From Longimicrobiales bacterium (GTDB lineage Bacteria > Gemmatimonadota > Gemmatimonadetes > Longimicrobiales > Gaopeijiaceae), in the NCBI GenBank assembly GCA_965198065.1, contig CBDAON010000004.1, positions 1,952,001 to 2,016,000 on the forward strand: a stretch of 64,000 nucleotides of DNA, given 5' to 3'. Positions 31,299 to 41,547 of this stretch are shown here, one piece after another. The notes under the pieces were generated by a model. It had not been told where the DNA came from and did no database searches. It saw nothing but the letters and a program-made list of their open reading frames with translations. The stretch's first letter is position 1. Each line of letters begins with the position of its first letter. A program made the translations under genes and the position numbers.

Positions 31299-32398
31299 GG
31301 CGTCGCTCCAGGGGGCTCGCGGCGTCGCTCGACGGCTCGTAGCGCAGCGTCGGTCACCGGGCCCCTACGAAGCACAGGCGCCAGGAGGTTCGCGGCCGCG
31401 ACCGCGTCCTGGATTGCGAGGTTCACGCCCACGCCCCCGATCGGTGACATCGCGTGTGCCGCGTCTCCGATCAGGAGCAGCCCGGGGCGATGCCAGGTGC
31501 GGGCGCGATCCACGCGTACCGTTAGCAGGTGCACGTCCTCCCAGCCCGCCAGCCCGGCGGCACGGTCCCCGAAGAAGGGAGCGATTCGTAGCAGGTCTTC
31601 GCGGAACGCGTGGATCCCGCGCTCCCTCAGACGAGGGAAGGACCCCTTCGGGATCAGGTACGCGCATTGCCAGTAGTCGCCCCGGTCGATCATGACGAGA
31701 ACCTGGCCAGCGGCGACGAGGCCGTCCATCCGTTCGGGATCTCTCTCCGACTTGGGAATCCGGATCCAAAGCAGATCCATGGGTGCCCCCAGCTCCCGGA
31801 CCGGGACCCGTGCCTCTCTTCGAACGAGAGACCCACGTCCGTCGGCGCCGACGACGAGCCGGCTCCGAGCTTCGAGCCACCCGCGCGGCGTGCGGGCGCG
31901 CACACCCACCACGCGGTCGTCCTCGAAGAGGAGCTCTCTCGCTTCGGTCTCCATCAGGAGGTGGAACCCGGGGTGGAGTCGCCCCTGGCGCGAGAGGAAC
32001 TCAAGGAAGTCCCACTGCGGCATGAACGCCATGAACCGGCACCGCGTGGGTAGGCGGGTGAAGTCCGCGATCCGTATACGTTGGCCGGCGACCTGAGCCT
32101 CCAGGAACGAGAGACGCTGGTGCCGGCAGGACAGAGCGTCCTCGAGGATCCCGAGCTCCTCCATGATCTGGAGGGTGGAGGGATGGATCGTGTCGCCACG
32201 AAAGTCTCTGAGGAAGTCGCGATGCCGCTCGAGAACGGCGACCTGCAACCCGGCCCGCGCGAGGAGAAAACCGAGCATAACTCCCGCCGGGCCCCCGCCG
32301 ACGACACAGCATGCGACGTCGATAGTTCGGCCGTTCTCGAGCGACTCGATGGAGCGCTCTCCAGCTTGCCTCGACGGGCCTCCGCTCCTACCCTCCAT
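31046..32398 (-). pseudogene. FAD-dependent monooxygenase (UbiH-like), 3'-truncated near 31300
   Basis: GGGPAG, RDFRGDTIHP, GADG, IGDAAHAMSPIGGVGVNLAIQDA. Similarity ends at AVERRRE and the frame then runs about 250 nt antisense into the GT2 gene. Confidence 0.7.
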
Positions 32399-32531
32399 GC
32401 GTGGAATCTCGCCGGGGTGGGGCGGATCCGCATTGTGTTCCCTGTGGGTGTCCCGGCCGTGGTCGCCGTCTGGAGCCGTCCCGCGAGGGCCGTGGTGGGA
32501 TCACCGAAGATTCGGCTTTCCTGGTGGCTGC

Positions 32532-33230
32532 ATGCTCCAGTTCCTGAAGCGATGGTTCCGGGCGCCCGGAAGACCGACCACCGGCGGCTCCGATGAGCGG
32601 CGTCTGGCGATTCTGGAGCGCCTGGCAGTCGGCGGCGAGGACACGCCCGAAGCGGCCCCGCTCTTCAACCGGCTCGCGGACCTGGAGCTGTCGGCCGGTA
32701 ACCAGAGGGATGCCGTCCAGTACTACGGCAAGAGCGTCGACGTCTACGTAGAGCTTCGGCAGTTCGATTCCGCGACGGCCGTGTGCAGGAAGCTCCTCCG
32801 TGTCCTTCCGGGCGTGGTCCGGGCGCGATGCACGCTGGCATGGTTGAGCCTCAGGAAGGGCCATCTCGACATCGCGCGGCGGCACGTCGACGACTACGTG
32901 GAGGCGGCTCGTCAGGCGGGCACGTCGGAGTTGGCGGCGCAGCAACTCCTCCTCATGGCTCGGTACTCGACGGATCCGGGTATCCGCGCGCACCTGGCGC
33001 TCAAGCTTAGGGCGGTCGGGGACGAGGACGGGGCCCTGGAGGTGGAGCGTGGGGACTTCGGGACCCTGTCCGGATCGGGCGACCTGTGGGACCCGGTCGT
33101 CTTCGCGACCCTGCTGACCCCCGAGGAGCTGAGAGAAGCCGAAGAAAAGGGGCTGGAGATCCGGGTCTCGGAGGAAGGCGAGGAAGGCGGGGACGACAGC
33201 CTTCCCATGTACCGCCCCCCGGGGGTGTAA
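32532..33230 (+). CDS. TPR-like hypothetical protein
   Basis: Helical repeat pattern FNRLADL..AVQYY..ATAVCRKLLR. Confidence 0.7.
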   Translation: MLQFLKRWFRAPGRPTTGGSDERRLAILERLAVGGEDTPEAAPLFNRLADLELSAGNQRDAVQYYGKSVDVYVELRQFDSATAVCRKLLRVLPGVVRARCTLAWLSLRKGHLDIARRHVDDYVEAARQAGTSELAAQQLLLMARYSTDPGIRAHLALKLRAVGDEDGALEVERGDFGTLSGSGDLWDPVVFATLLTPEELREAEEKGLEIRVSEEGEEGGDDSLPMYRPPGV

Positions 33231-33282
33231 CGGCCCTTCGAGTCAGCCCCCCGCGCAGCCGAGCTAAGGAGGAGATGAGCCC

Positions 33283-34128
33283 ATGTCATCGTACGCACAT
33301 CCCGAAGCGCTCGTCGACACGGAATGGGTTTCCCAGCACGCCGAGGACGCTGGTGTGCGGGTGGTCGAAGTGGATGTCGACACGTCGGCATACGAGCAGG
33401 GACATGTTCCCGGCGCCCTCGCCTGGAACTGGACGACAGAGCTCTGTGACACGGTGCAGCGGGACGTCGTTCCGGGAGACCGCTTCGAGGCTCTGATGTC
33501 CCGGTCGGGTATCGAAAACGATACCACCGTGATCCTGTACGGCGACAACAACAACTGGTTCGCGGCTTGGGCCCTGTGGCAGCTGAAGCTCTACGGTCAT
33601 CGAGACGTGCGGATCATGGACGGGGGACGCAAGAAGTGGGTGGCCGAGGGACGGCCGCACACTACCGATGTGCCGAAGGTGGCCCGGGCGGAGTATACGG
33701 CGTCCGCGCCGGACCTATCCATTCGCGCGTTCCTGCCGGAGGCGATGGACGCTTCCCAAAATCGCACGCACGTGTTCGTGGACGTCCGGAGTCCGGACGA
33801 GTTCAGCGGAAAGATCCTCGCTCCTCCCGGGCTGCCCGAGACGTGCCAGCGCGGTGGGCATATCCCCGGGGCGTCGAACATCCCCTGGTCCCAAGCCTGC
33901 AGTGAGGACGGCACGTTCAGGCCCTTCGACGAGCTGAAGCAGCTGTACGCAGGAAAGGGGGTGCCGGGAGACAGGCCCGTGATCGCCTACTGCCGGATCG
34001 GAGAGCGCTCGAGCCACTCCTGGTTCGTCCTCCGGTATCTGCTCGGGTACGAGGACGTGAAGAACTACGACGGCTCGTGGACCGAGTGGGGGAATCTGGT
34101 GGGGGCGCCCATCGAGCGGGGGGCGTAA
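33283..34128 (+). CDS. Two-domain sulfurtransferase (rhodanese)
   Basis: YEQGHVPGA, GGHIPGA, active site YCRIGERS, YDGSWTEWG. Confidence 0.95.
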   Translation: MSSYAHPEALVDTEWVSQHAEDAGVRVVEVDVDTSAYEQGHVPGALAWNWTTELCDTVQRDVVPGDRFEALMSRSGIENDTTVILYGDNNNWFAAWALWQLKLYGHRDVRIMDGGRKKWVAEGRPHTTDVPKVARAEYTASAPDLSIRAFLPEAMDASQNRTHVFVDVRSPDEFSGKILAPPGLPETCQRGGHIPGASNIPWSQACSEDGTFRPFDELKQLYAGKGVPGDRPVIAYCRIGERSSHSWFVLRYLLGYEDVKNYDGSWTEWGNLVGAPIERGA

Positions 34129-34224
34129 CCAGGGTGCGCGAGGGCCGGGGCACTCAACCCAGGCCGTGCCCCGCGGAGCGCCCGTCAGGACACCTCGATG
34201 CGCCCGGTCCGGCTGGACCTTTGC

Positions 34225-34641
34225 TTACGGGCCCGCGCCCCCGTCTCGCTCCACCTCCAACAGGAAGAGCGAGGGGCCCCTCAGCTTCTTCCCCTTGATC
34301 CGGATCTCGAAGCTATAGCGTCCAGGCTCCGGGAACACGATGCCCTCGAGCGGCAGGATGAGACGCGTGCGAGGAGGCGGGAGGCCCGGCTCATGCGGCT
34401 GGACGTCCGTATGTCCGTCCACAGTGAGGGAAGGACGTCCGTCCGGTGCGATCAGGTCGACACGAAAGGCGTTCCTCCCCTCGTCGCCGAGCTGCCACTC
34501 GATTGTCGTCACGAGCACCATCCGCTCCTGCCGGGCCGGGAACCCGGGCGCGGCGAGGTCGTTGAACACACCCACCACGTCCATCTTCCCATCGGGCCGC
34601 ATGTGGGCGTCCTCGCAGAGGAGAGCGAGCTGTACGTGCAT
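34225..34641 (-). CDS. Hypothetical protein (DUF6941-like)
   Basis: ALLCEDA..DGKMDVVGVFN..FP..FPEPGRYSFEI. Confidence 0.7.
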   Translation of the reverse strand: MHVQLALLCEDAHMRPDGKMDVVGVFNDLAAPGFPARQERMVLVTTIEWQLGDEGRNAFRVDLIAPDGRPSLTVDGHTDVQPHEPGLPPPRTRLILPLEGIVFPEPGRYSFEIRIKGKKLRGPSLFLLEVERDGGAGP

Positions 34642-34700
34642 GGGATTCCTAATGTGAGTTGGCAGGTCGCCGGGAAAGGGCCGAACGAGCGGGCAACCTG

Positions 34701-36380
34701 CTAGTCGCTCGGGGGGCCCCATCCGCCCCCGCCGGGCGTGCGGATACTGACGATGTCTCCCCGTTGGACCTCGAACGTGGCCTTGCTGGGAAGAGACTCC
34801 GCGCTCCTCTCCTCCTCGTGACCGGCCCGAAGGAGTGCGTTGGCTCCGGGAGCTCCGGGCTCCCCTCCGCCCTGTCCCGCGGGCCCCGTCCTCCGGCGCT
34901 CCGTGAGAAGCGTCACCCGAGCCGGAGCGAGGATCTGAATGTCGCGCTCGAGCCCGTCGCCGCCCCTGTACACGCCGCGGCCGCCCGAGCCCCGGCGCAC
35001 GGCGTAGCGGAGCACCCGAAAGGGGTAGGCGTGTTCCAGCGCTTCCACCGGAGTGTTCAACGTGTTCGACATGTGCGTGTGCACCCCGGACAGCCCCGGA
35101 CCGGACGGCCCCGCGCCCATGCCTCCGCCTACCGTCTCGTAGTAGGCGAAGGCTCGGCCCGTCCGGGGGTCCGTCCCTCCGATCGCTACGTTGTTCATGG
35201 TCCCCTGGGAGAGGGCCGGCACCCGGTCGGGGAGGGCGCCGGCAAACGCCTTCAAAAGCACGTCGGTAATCCGCTGGCTCGTCTCGACGTTCCCGCCCGC
35301 GACCGGCGCGGGAGGGGACGCGTTTACCACGGAACGCTCGGGAAGGAGGAGCTCCATAGCGCCCATGGCGCCTCCCCCCGCCGGCAGGGAATCACCGAGG
35401 AGGTCCTCCACGACCACCCGGACCACGTAACGAGCGGCGGACGCGGTCACGGCGGCGACCGCGTTCACGCCGCCCGTGGTCTGCGGGGCGCTACCCGTGA
35501 AGTCGATCCTCACCCGGTCCCCCCGCACTTCCAGCCGAGCCCGGATACGGATCGGCTCGTCGACGAAACCGTCGCCCTCCAGATCGTCCTGCGCGCTCCA
35601 CTCGCCGTCCGGGATGCGCTCGATCCCGCGACGAAGGAGGCAGTCCGCATAGTCCAGGAGGGCGTGCTGAGCGGCGAGCGTCGGGCTCACTCCCTTACGC
35701 CGCGCGATGTCGCGGAGACGGCGGACACCGACCCGGATGGATCCGAGCTGCGCGTCGAGATCACCTTCCCGTTCCTCCGGGGTTCGGACGTTCGCGAGGA
35801 GGAGGCGCCACACTTCGGCGACGCGCGCTCCACGCCGAACGAGGAGGACGGGCGGAATCCGAAGGCCCTCCTGGAAGATCTCGCGGGCAATCGGCATCGA
35901 CCCCGGCGTCATGCCACCGACGTCGGCGTGGTGGGCCCGCACGGCCACATAGCCGAGCAGCGGAGCTTCCGGGAGGAGTTCACCAGCAGCGGCTCCGGGC
36001 GCGTTCCCCTCACCCTCGATCACCTCCACGTGGACCGGGGCGATCATCGTAATGTCCGGTAGGTGCGTTCCGCCCTCGAACGGATCGTTCAGGATGGCCA
36101 CGTCCCCCGGCTGGAGGTGTGGGAGCGCCCGGAGCGCGGCCTGAACGCTCATCGGCATGGCCCCGAGGTGCACCGGAAGGTGGTCGCCCTGAGCCACGGG
36201 CTCGCCGACAGGCGAGAAGACGGCGGAGGAGTAGTCTCTCCGTTCCTTGATGTTCGGGGACGAGGCCGCGCGGCGAAGCGCGGAGCCCATCTCCTCGGCG
36301 AGCGCTGTGAAGAGGTGCCGAAACACCTCCACCTCGGCGGCGTCCGGTGCGGCCGAGCCTTCAGGATCCACGGTCCTCAC
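34701..36380 (-). CDS. Hydantoinase B / 5-oxoprolinase subunit
   Basis: SPNIKERRDYS, PVHLGAM, NDPFEGGTHLPD, HHADVGG, SQGTMNN, YYETVGGG, NTPVEALE. Confidence 0.93.
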   Translation of the reverse strand: MRTVDPEGSAAPDAAEVEVFRHLFTALAEEMGSALRRAASSPNIKERRDYSSAVFSPVGEPVAQGDHLPVHLGAMPMSVQAALRALPHLQPGDVAILNDPFEGGTHLPDITMIAPVHVEVIEGEGNAPGAAAGELLPEAPLLGYVAVRAHHADVGGMTPGSMPIAREIFQEGLRIPPVLLVRRGARVAEVWRLLLANVRTPEEREGDLDAQLGSIRVGVRRLRDIARRKGVSPTLAAQHALLDYADCLLRRGIERIPDGEWSAQDDLEGDGFVDEPIRIRARLEVRGDRVRIDFTGSAPQTTGGVNAVAAVTASAARYVVRVVVEDLLGDSLPAGGGAMGAMELLLPERSVVNASPPAPVAGGNVETSQRITDVLLKAFAGALPDRVPALSQGTMNNVAIGGTDPRTGRAFAYYETVGGGMGAGPSGPGLSGVHTHMSNTLNTPVEALEHAYPFRVLRYAVRRGSGGRGVYRGGDGLERDIQILAPARVTLLTERRRTGPAGQGGGEPGAPGANALLRAGHEEERSAESLPSKATFEVQRGDIVSIRTPGGGGWGPPSD

Positions 36381-36522
36381 CGGTCGCCCCCTCTCCGGGG
36401 TTGCAATTTAGGCCGCCTCTCATGACCCTATAGCCTTCCCTTTCTCCAGGCCCGCGGGGCAGGAGAGCCTTCGAGCTCGCCGGTCCGGCAGACCACCTGG
36501 GTCACGATAAGACGGAGGAGTC

Positions 36523-36804
36523 ATGACGGATAGAAAGAAACTGAACGACCGCGCGAGGGATGAGCTGTTCAGCCACATCAACCGCTGCGGAGTCCTCCAG
36601 GCGGAGGACAAGGACCAGGAACACTGGCTGGACGAGACGATGGGATATCTCGGGGAGCGTTACCCGGACCTCACGGAGGGCGACTTGAAGGAGCTCTACA
36701 CCGTGGGGCTTCGTTTTTGCAGGCCACCGATTCCGCACGGAACGGGGGACAAGACGGGTCGGACGCCGGTGCCTGCGGGTGCCGAGGAGGGTTCGACGGC
36801 GTGA
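36523..36804 (+). CDS. Hypothetical protein
   Basis: GGAGGAG RBS, typical codon usage, RARDELFSHINRCGV..ERYPDL..G.RFC. Confidence 0.75.
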   Translation: MTDRKKLNDRARDELFSHINRCGVLQAEDKDQEHWLDETMGYLGERYPDLTEGDLKELYTVGLRFCRPPIPHGTGDKTGRTPVPAGAEEGSTA

Positions 36805-36935
36805 GGGCGCGGGGGCGTCCGTCGGGGTGGACCGCCCGATAATCGAGATTTACATTCGGGGCGTCCGCCTGCGGCCCGCGCGTGGCGGTGGCGAGGACCG
36901 GGTCGTTCTCCGATCACGCCCTGACAGAGCCCGGT

Positions 36936-38078
36936 ATGGCTGATCGCTTCTGGAGCTCGGAGGAGTACGACGAAAGAGCGCACGATCTTTACAACGAAGG
37001 TGACTACGACGGGGCCCTTGAGACGTTGAAAGAGGGCCTCGCGCTATATCCGAACGCCGTCGAGCTGTACGTGGGGCTCGGCCACGCTCGCCTCGCGCGG
37101 GAGGAGTTCGCCTGGGCTCGGACCGCCTTCGAGCGCGCGCTCGTGCTGGACCCCGGGCACGAGGATGCGATGGTCGGGCTCGGCGAGGTGCTCCTCCGGC
37201 TCGGGCACCACGGAGACGGCCTGGAACTCTTCCGTCGCGTGGAGGGGCTCGGGTACGAAGACGACGTCGAGCTCATGCTCACCATGGGGAGGGCGCTCTA
37301 TCGGGAGGGGCTCTATGTCCAGGCGAGGAGAGTGTTCAACCGTCTGGCGGCGGTGCGTCCCGACTGTGCCGAGGCCGTGGCCGCAGTGGGATACTCGATC
37401 CACCGGATGGGCGACGATGTGGACGCGTGCCGGCATCTCCGGCGCGCCCTGAGGATCGACCCCGATCTCTATGAGGCCCGAACCTACCTGGGACATCTCC
37501 TCTATGACCGAGGTGACTGGGACGGGGCTCTTCGGGAGTTCGAGCGGGTGCCACCGTCCGAGCACTGGGACTCGCTCGCCGTGTGGCGCGTCATTGAGCT
37601 CAAGCGAGCCATGGGACGACTGGAGGAGGAAGATCCCGCGCTCGCGCCCTGGCATGACCGACTCGCTCAGCTCGAGGAACAGGCGTGGGATCCCGTGGAC
37701 CAGCTCCTGGCGGAGATTGAAGCCAGAGTCTCGGGCATGGGTGGATGGGACCTGCGGGATCAGAACCAGCTCGAGCTCTTCGGCTCTGGAGAGGGCAGCG
37801 GCCGGGACGAGCGCGTTCTCCACGTGCGCCTTCCGGGAGGCCAGGTGCTTCGTGGAACGTCTCAGGACGTCGTGAGGCAGTTTCGTGACCACCTGGGGTT
37901 CTCGCACGAGGCGCTCGCGGCGTTCATGAAACGCATGGCCGAGCGCTGGCACGAGCAGTATGGCATCGAGGTCCGCTCGGGGAGCCCCGACGGGTTCCTG
38001 CGCTCGGCATCGGAGTGTGGGCTCCTCCAGTTCTTCGACGCTCCCGGGGACGAGCCCAAGAGCGCACCGCCCGCGTGA
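36936..38078 (+). CDS. Tetratricopeptide repeat protein
   Basis: Multiple TPRs (ALYPNAVELYVGLG, ALVLDPGHEDA, ALRIDPDLYEA) plus a distinct C-terminal domain. Confidence 0.85.
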   Translation: MADRFWSSEEYDERAHDLYNEGDYDGALETLKEGLALYPNAVELYVGLGHARLAREEFAWARTAFERALVLDPGHEDAMVGLGEVLLRLGHHGDGLELFRRVEGLGYEDDVELMLTMGRALYREGLYVQARRVFNRLAAVRPDCAEAVAAVGYSIHRMGDDVDACRHLRRALRIDPDLYEARTYLGHLLYDRGDWDGALREFERVPPSEHWDSLAVWRVIELKRAMGRLEEEDPALAPWHDRLAQLEEQAWDPVDQLLAEIEARVSGMGGWDLRDQNQLELFGSGEGSGRDERVLHVRLPGGQVLRGTSQDVVRQFRDHLGFSHEALAAFMKRMAERWHEQYGIEVRSGSPDGFLRSASECGLLQFFDAPGDEPKSAPPA

Positions 38079-38086
38079 GAGGTGCC

Positions 38087-38743
38087 ATGCAGACCGAGAC
38101 GCCCCGGATCGATCGCTTCTTCCGCGTCCTGGTTGAGGAGATCCGAAGGAGCTCCCCCGAGTTCCTGGAGGTGCCGTTCACGGTCGCGGAGATCTACCAG
38201 TCACTCATCCCCTATCACACGCACCGGGACCTCCTGGGCGTGGAGATGAACGGTGACTACGAGGATGCCTTGATGAGGCTGATGGCGGGGGAGGGAGGCT
38301 ACCTGATCCTGGAGTCGGATCCGGCGAGGCTGCGCATCCGGCGCGAGCTCGAGCACGCTAATCCCAACACCGGTCTCTATCGCGACTTCGCGGCGGTGGA
38401 CGTGCGGGTCAACCCGGAGAAGGTTTCGAAGGAGGAGACCGAGGGGGATGGCCTGCTGGGCACGGCGCGGATGGAACGAGGAGGTGAGTCGGGCTCCGTC
38501 TCCTCTCCGCCTTCGGACCTGGGCCAACGCGTGCGCGGAGGGCCCGGGCTCGCACGGCCCGGCGCCGATGATGTCCCCGAGCTATGCCCGGCGTGCGACA
38601 CTAGGCTCCCGGAGCGGAGATCCCTCCGCTTCTGCCCGGAGTGCGGCATTGACGTGCGGCTCCTCAAGTGCTCGAAGTGCGGGGAGCTGCTCGAGCGCGG
38701 GTGGAAGCATTGCGTGGCGTGCGGAACGTCCGTCGGCACCTGA
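38087..38743 (+). CDS. Double zinc-ribbon protein
   Basis: C-terminal CPAC..FCPECG..CSKCG..CVACG. Confidence 0.85.
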   Translation: MQTETPRIDRFFRVLVEEIRRSSPEFLEVPFTVAEIYQSLIPYHTHRDLLGVEMNGDYEDALMRLMAGEGGYLILESDPARLRIRRELEHANPNTGLYRDFAAVDVRVNPEKVSKEETEGDGLLGTARMERGGESGSVSSPPSDLGQRVRGGPGLARPGADDVPELCPACDTRLPERRSLRFCPECGIDVRLLKCSKCGELLERGWKHCVACGTSVGT

Positions 38744-39168
38744 TCGTCGGCCTCGCCTCGGCCCTGGTCGCGGTCGCTTGCGAGGCCCCGGCCCGACCCC
38801 CATCCGATCCGGGGCTCCGCGCTGAGCTGGGAATTCCCGACGAGACCCCGATTCACCGCGTGGACCTCGGAGGACCCGCTCTCGGGACGAGCGCGGTTCC
38901 CCGTTTCCTCGTGATCCATCCCGGGGACGTCGTCCAGTTCGTGGTGCTCGACCATCGGGTTCACCAGGTGAGGTTCCTCGAGGAAGGACTCGGCCCGGCC
39001 CAGCTCGCGTTCCTTCGGGATACAGCGCAGGACCGACCTCCGCCCCTCGTGGAGCAGGGGGCTCGGTTGGTGCTAACGTTCGAGGATGCTCCCATCGGCG
39101 CCTATGCCTTCGTCGTGGAGGGTTACGGCGCCCCGCTTCGCGGGGAGATTCGGGTCCTCCCGCGCTAG
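38719..39168 (+). CDS. Cupredoxin-fold-like lipoprotein
   Basis: Lipobox AVAC, P.FLVIHPGDVVQF..HQV.F..LTFEDAP.GAY.F. The Cys/His/Met copper loop is absent. Confidence 0.6.
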   Translation: MRNVRRHLIVGLASALVAVACEAPARPPSDPGLRAELGIPDETPIHRVDLGGPALGTSAVPRFLVIHPGDVVQFVVLDHRVHQVRFLEEGLGPAQLAFLRDTAQDRPPPLVEQGARLVLTFEDAPIGAYAFVVEGYGAPLRGEIRVLPR

Positions 39169-39409
39169 CGAATCGCGGGCGAACGACGGTGCGGAGGCTT
39201 GCCCCGGCCTCGAGCGACCTGTCGCGGAGGCACGACACGAGTGGGCGCGGGGCGGCGTTTCGGGCCGCTGGCGTCCTGTCGGCAAACTCGGTACTCTCCC
39301 GGTCCCGGGACCCTGGACACCAGGGATCCTCGTCACCGGGTGGCCGGTCGGCTTCCCCCGGCGCGCCTCCGGAGCCGCCTCGTGGCGAGCGCGAAGCGAG
39401 GTCCAGCCG

Positions 39410-40633
39410 ATGCCGAACGCCGATCGTACCGAAGTCGTCTTCCTCTCCGGAAAGCGGACGCCGTTCGGCTCGTTCGGCGGATCCCTCAAGGGGCTCTCCG
39501 CCACCGAGCTCGCCGTCGTCTCCGCCCGCGCGGCCCTGTCCGCCGCTGGGGTGCCGGAGGACGCCGTCGGGCACGTCGTGTACGGAAACGCGCTCCAGAC
39601 GTCGTCGGACTCGATCTACCTCGCCCGACACGTGGGGCTCGGGGCGGGGCTCCCGGACGCCGTGCCGGCGGTTACTGTGAATCGCCTCTGCGGGTCGGGC
39701 TTTCAGGCCATCACCCAGGGCGCTGAGGAGATCCTCATCGGACACGCCCAGGTCGCGCTCTGTGGTGGGACCGAGTCCATGAGCCAGGCCCCTCACGTAG
39801 TTCGGGGAGCACGCTGGGGTCAGCTTCGACTCGGCGAAGTGGGGGGCGCGTTCGAGGACCTGCTCTGGACGGCCTTGAGGGACTCGGCGTGCGGGCTCAC
39901 GATGGCGGAGACGGCCGAGGAGCTCGCGGACCGCTACCAGGTCACGCGCGAGGAGTCCGACGCGGTGGCCGTCCGGAGCCAGCAGCGAGCGTTCGCGGCG
40001 TGGGAGGCGGGACGCTTCAATGCGGAGGTCGTTCCGGTGAGTGCCCCCTCCCGAAAGGGGACCGTCGAGGTCGTTCGGGACGAGCACCTGCGCCCCGACA
40101 CGACCATGGAAGGCCTCGCGGCACTGAAGCCGTACTTTCGAGTGGACGGTCGCGTCACGGCCGGAAACGCTTCCGGGATCGGCGATGGAGCCGCGTCCAC
40201 GGTGCTCGCGTCCAGGGCGTGGGGCGACTCCCATGGCCTGGAGCCACTGGGCCGTCTCGTCTCGTGGGGGTACGTGGGGGTCGAGCCAAGGGTCATGGGG
40301 ATCGGGCCGGCCCCGGCGGCGCGCCTCGCCCTTGAGCGGGCGGGCCTGTCGCTCGACGACATGGCCATCGTCGAGATCAACGAGGCCTTCGCACCTCAGT
40401 ACCGGGCGGTCGAGAAGGATCTTGGGCTCGACCCCGAGCGGACGAACGTGAACGGGGGAGCCATCGCGCTTACCCATCCGCTCGCTGCCTCGGGGGCCCG
40501 CATCACGATTCACCTCCTCCACGAGCTTCGCCGGAGGGGAGAGCGCTTCGGGCTCGGAGCCGCTTGCATTGGCGGTGGGCAGGGGGGTGCGGTGGTCGTC
40601 GAGGCGTTTGGGAGCCGGGCCGGCAAGCCGTGA
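39410..40633 (+). CDS. Acetyl-CoA C-acyltransferase (thiolase)
   Basis: RTPFG, NRLCGSG, TAGNASG, EINEAF, GGAIALTHP, CIGGGQG. Confidence 0.96.
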   Translation: MPNADRTEVVFLSGKRTPFGSFGGSLKGLSATELAVVSARAALSAAGVPEDAVGHVVYGNALQTSSDSIYLARHVGLGAGLPDAVPAVTVNRLCGSGFQAITQGAEEILIGHAQVALCGGTESMSQAPHVVRGARWGQLRLGEVGGAFEDLLWTALRDSACGLTMAETAEELADRYQVTREESDAVAVRSQQRAFAAWEAGRFNAEVVPVSAPSRKGTVEVVRDEHLRPDTTMEGLAALKPYFRVDGRVTAGNASGIGDGAASTVLASRAWGDSHGLEPLGRLVSWGYVGVEPRVMGIGPAPAARLALERAGLSLDDMAIVEINEAFAPQYRAVEKDLGLDPERTNVNGGAIALTHPLAASGARITIHLLHELRRRGERFGLGAACIGGGQGGAVVVEAFGSRAGKP

Positions 40634-41508
40634 CGATCCGAAAGGTGGGCGTCATGGGCTGCGGCCTCATGGGGAGCGGCATCGCGGAGTCGGCCTCACG
40701 CGCCGGATACGAGGTGCTCGTCCGCGAAGTGAGCGGCGAGGAGATTGAGCTCGGGAAGCAGCGGATCGCCCGCTCGATGGACCGGGCCGTCGAGAAGGGG
40801 AAGATGACGGCGGCCGAAGGGGAGGAGGCACGGAAGCTCCTCTCCTATACGGAGGAGATCTCGGATCTGGCTGACCGGGACCTCATCGTAGAGGCGGTGG
40901 TGGAGGATATGGGCATAAAGCGGGACCTCTTCGCCCGGTTGGACGCGCTTTGTCCCAAGCGCACGATCTTCGCCTCCAACACGTCTTCGCTCCCGATCAC
41001 GGACATGGCGGCGGCCGTGGAGCGACCCGACCGGTTCCTGGGGCTCCACTTCTTCAATCCGGTCCCGATCATGAAACTGGTCGAGATCGTGCGGACGATC
41101 GCGACTTCGGAGGAGACCCTGGCCACCGTGCTGGAATTCGCCCGGAGCCTCGGGAAGGAGACGGTTCACGCGAAGGACCAGGCGGGGTTCATCGTGAACC
41201 TCCTCCTCGTCCCCTACATGATGGACGCGGTGCGTCAGCTCGAGCGGGGGGCGGCGTCCATGGAAGACCTGGATCGCGCGATGTCTCTCGGATGCGGCCA
41301 CCCCATGGGGCCGATCACGCTCATCGACTTCGTGGGGACGGACACGGCCTGCCGGATCGCGGAGATCCTGTACGACGAGTACCGGGAGCCCCGGTACGCG
41401 CCTCCCGCGCTTCTTCGAAGGGTCGTTTCGATGGGGCGCTTCGGAAGAAAAGTCGGGCGAGGGTTCTACGATTACTCGGGTGAGGTGCCGGTCCCGCTGC
41501 CGGTCTGA
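40630..41508 (+). CDS. 3-hydroxybutyryl-CoA / 3-hydroxyacyl-CoA dehydrogenase
   Basis: GCGLMGSG, ASNTSS, GLHFFNP, GHPMGP. Confidence 0.95.
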   Translation: MTIRKVGVMGCGLMGSGIAESASRAGYEVLVREVSGEEIELGKQRIARSMDRAVEKGKMTAAEGEEARKLLSYTEEISDLADRDLIVEAVVEDMGIKRDLFARLDALCPKRTIFASNTSSLPITDMAAAVERPDRFLGLHFFNPVPIMKLVEIVRTIATSEETLATVLEFARSLGKETVHAKDQAGFIVNLLLVPYMMDAVRQLERGAASMEDLDRAMSLGCGHPMGPITLIDFVGTDTACRIAEILYDEYREPRYAPPALLRRVVSMGRFGRKVGRGFYDYSGEVPVPLPV

Positions 41509-41547
41509 TCGCCGCCCGGTCGCGGCCGCCGATTGGCCGCCCGGCGG

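Noticed and set aside
38582..40522. Long antisense or alternative-frame ORFs (also 2852-4291, 44371-45846, 59278-60831 and the 5' extension of 18788-21073)
   Set aside because: Shadow ORFs typical of high-GC DNA, lying opposite well-supported genes.
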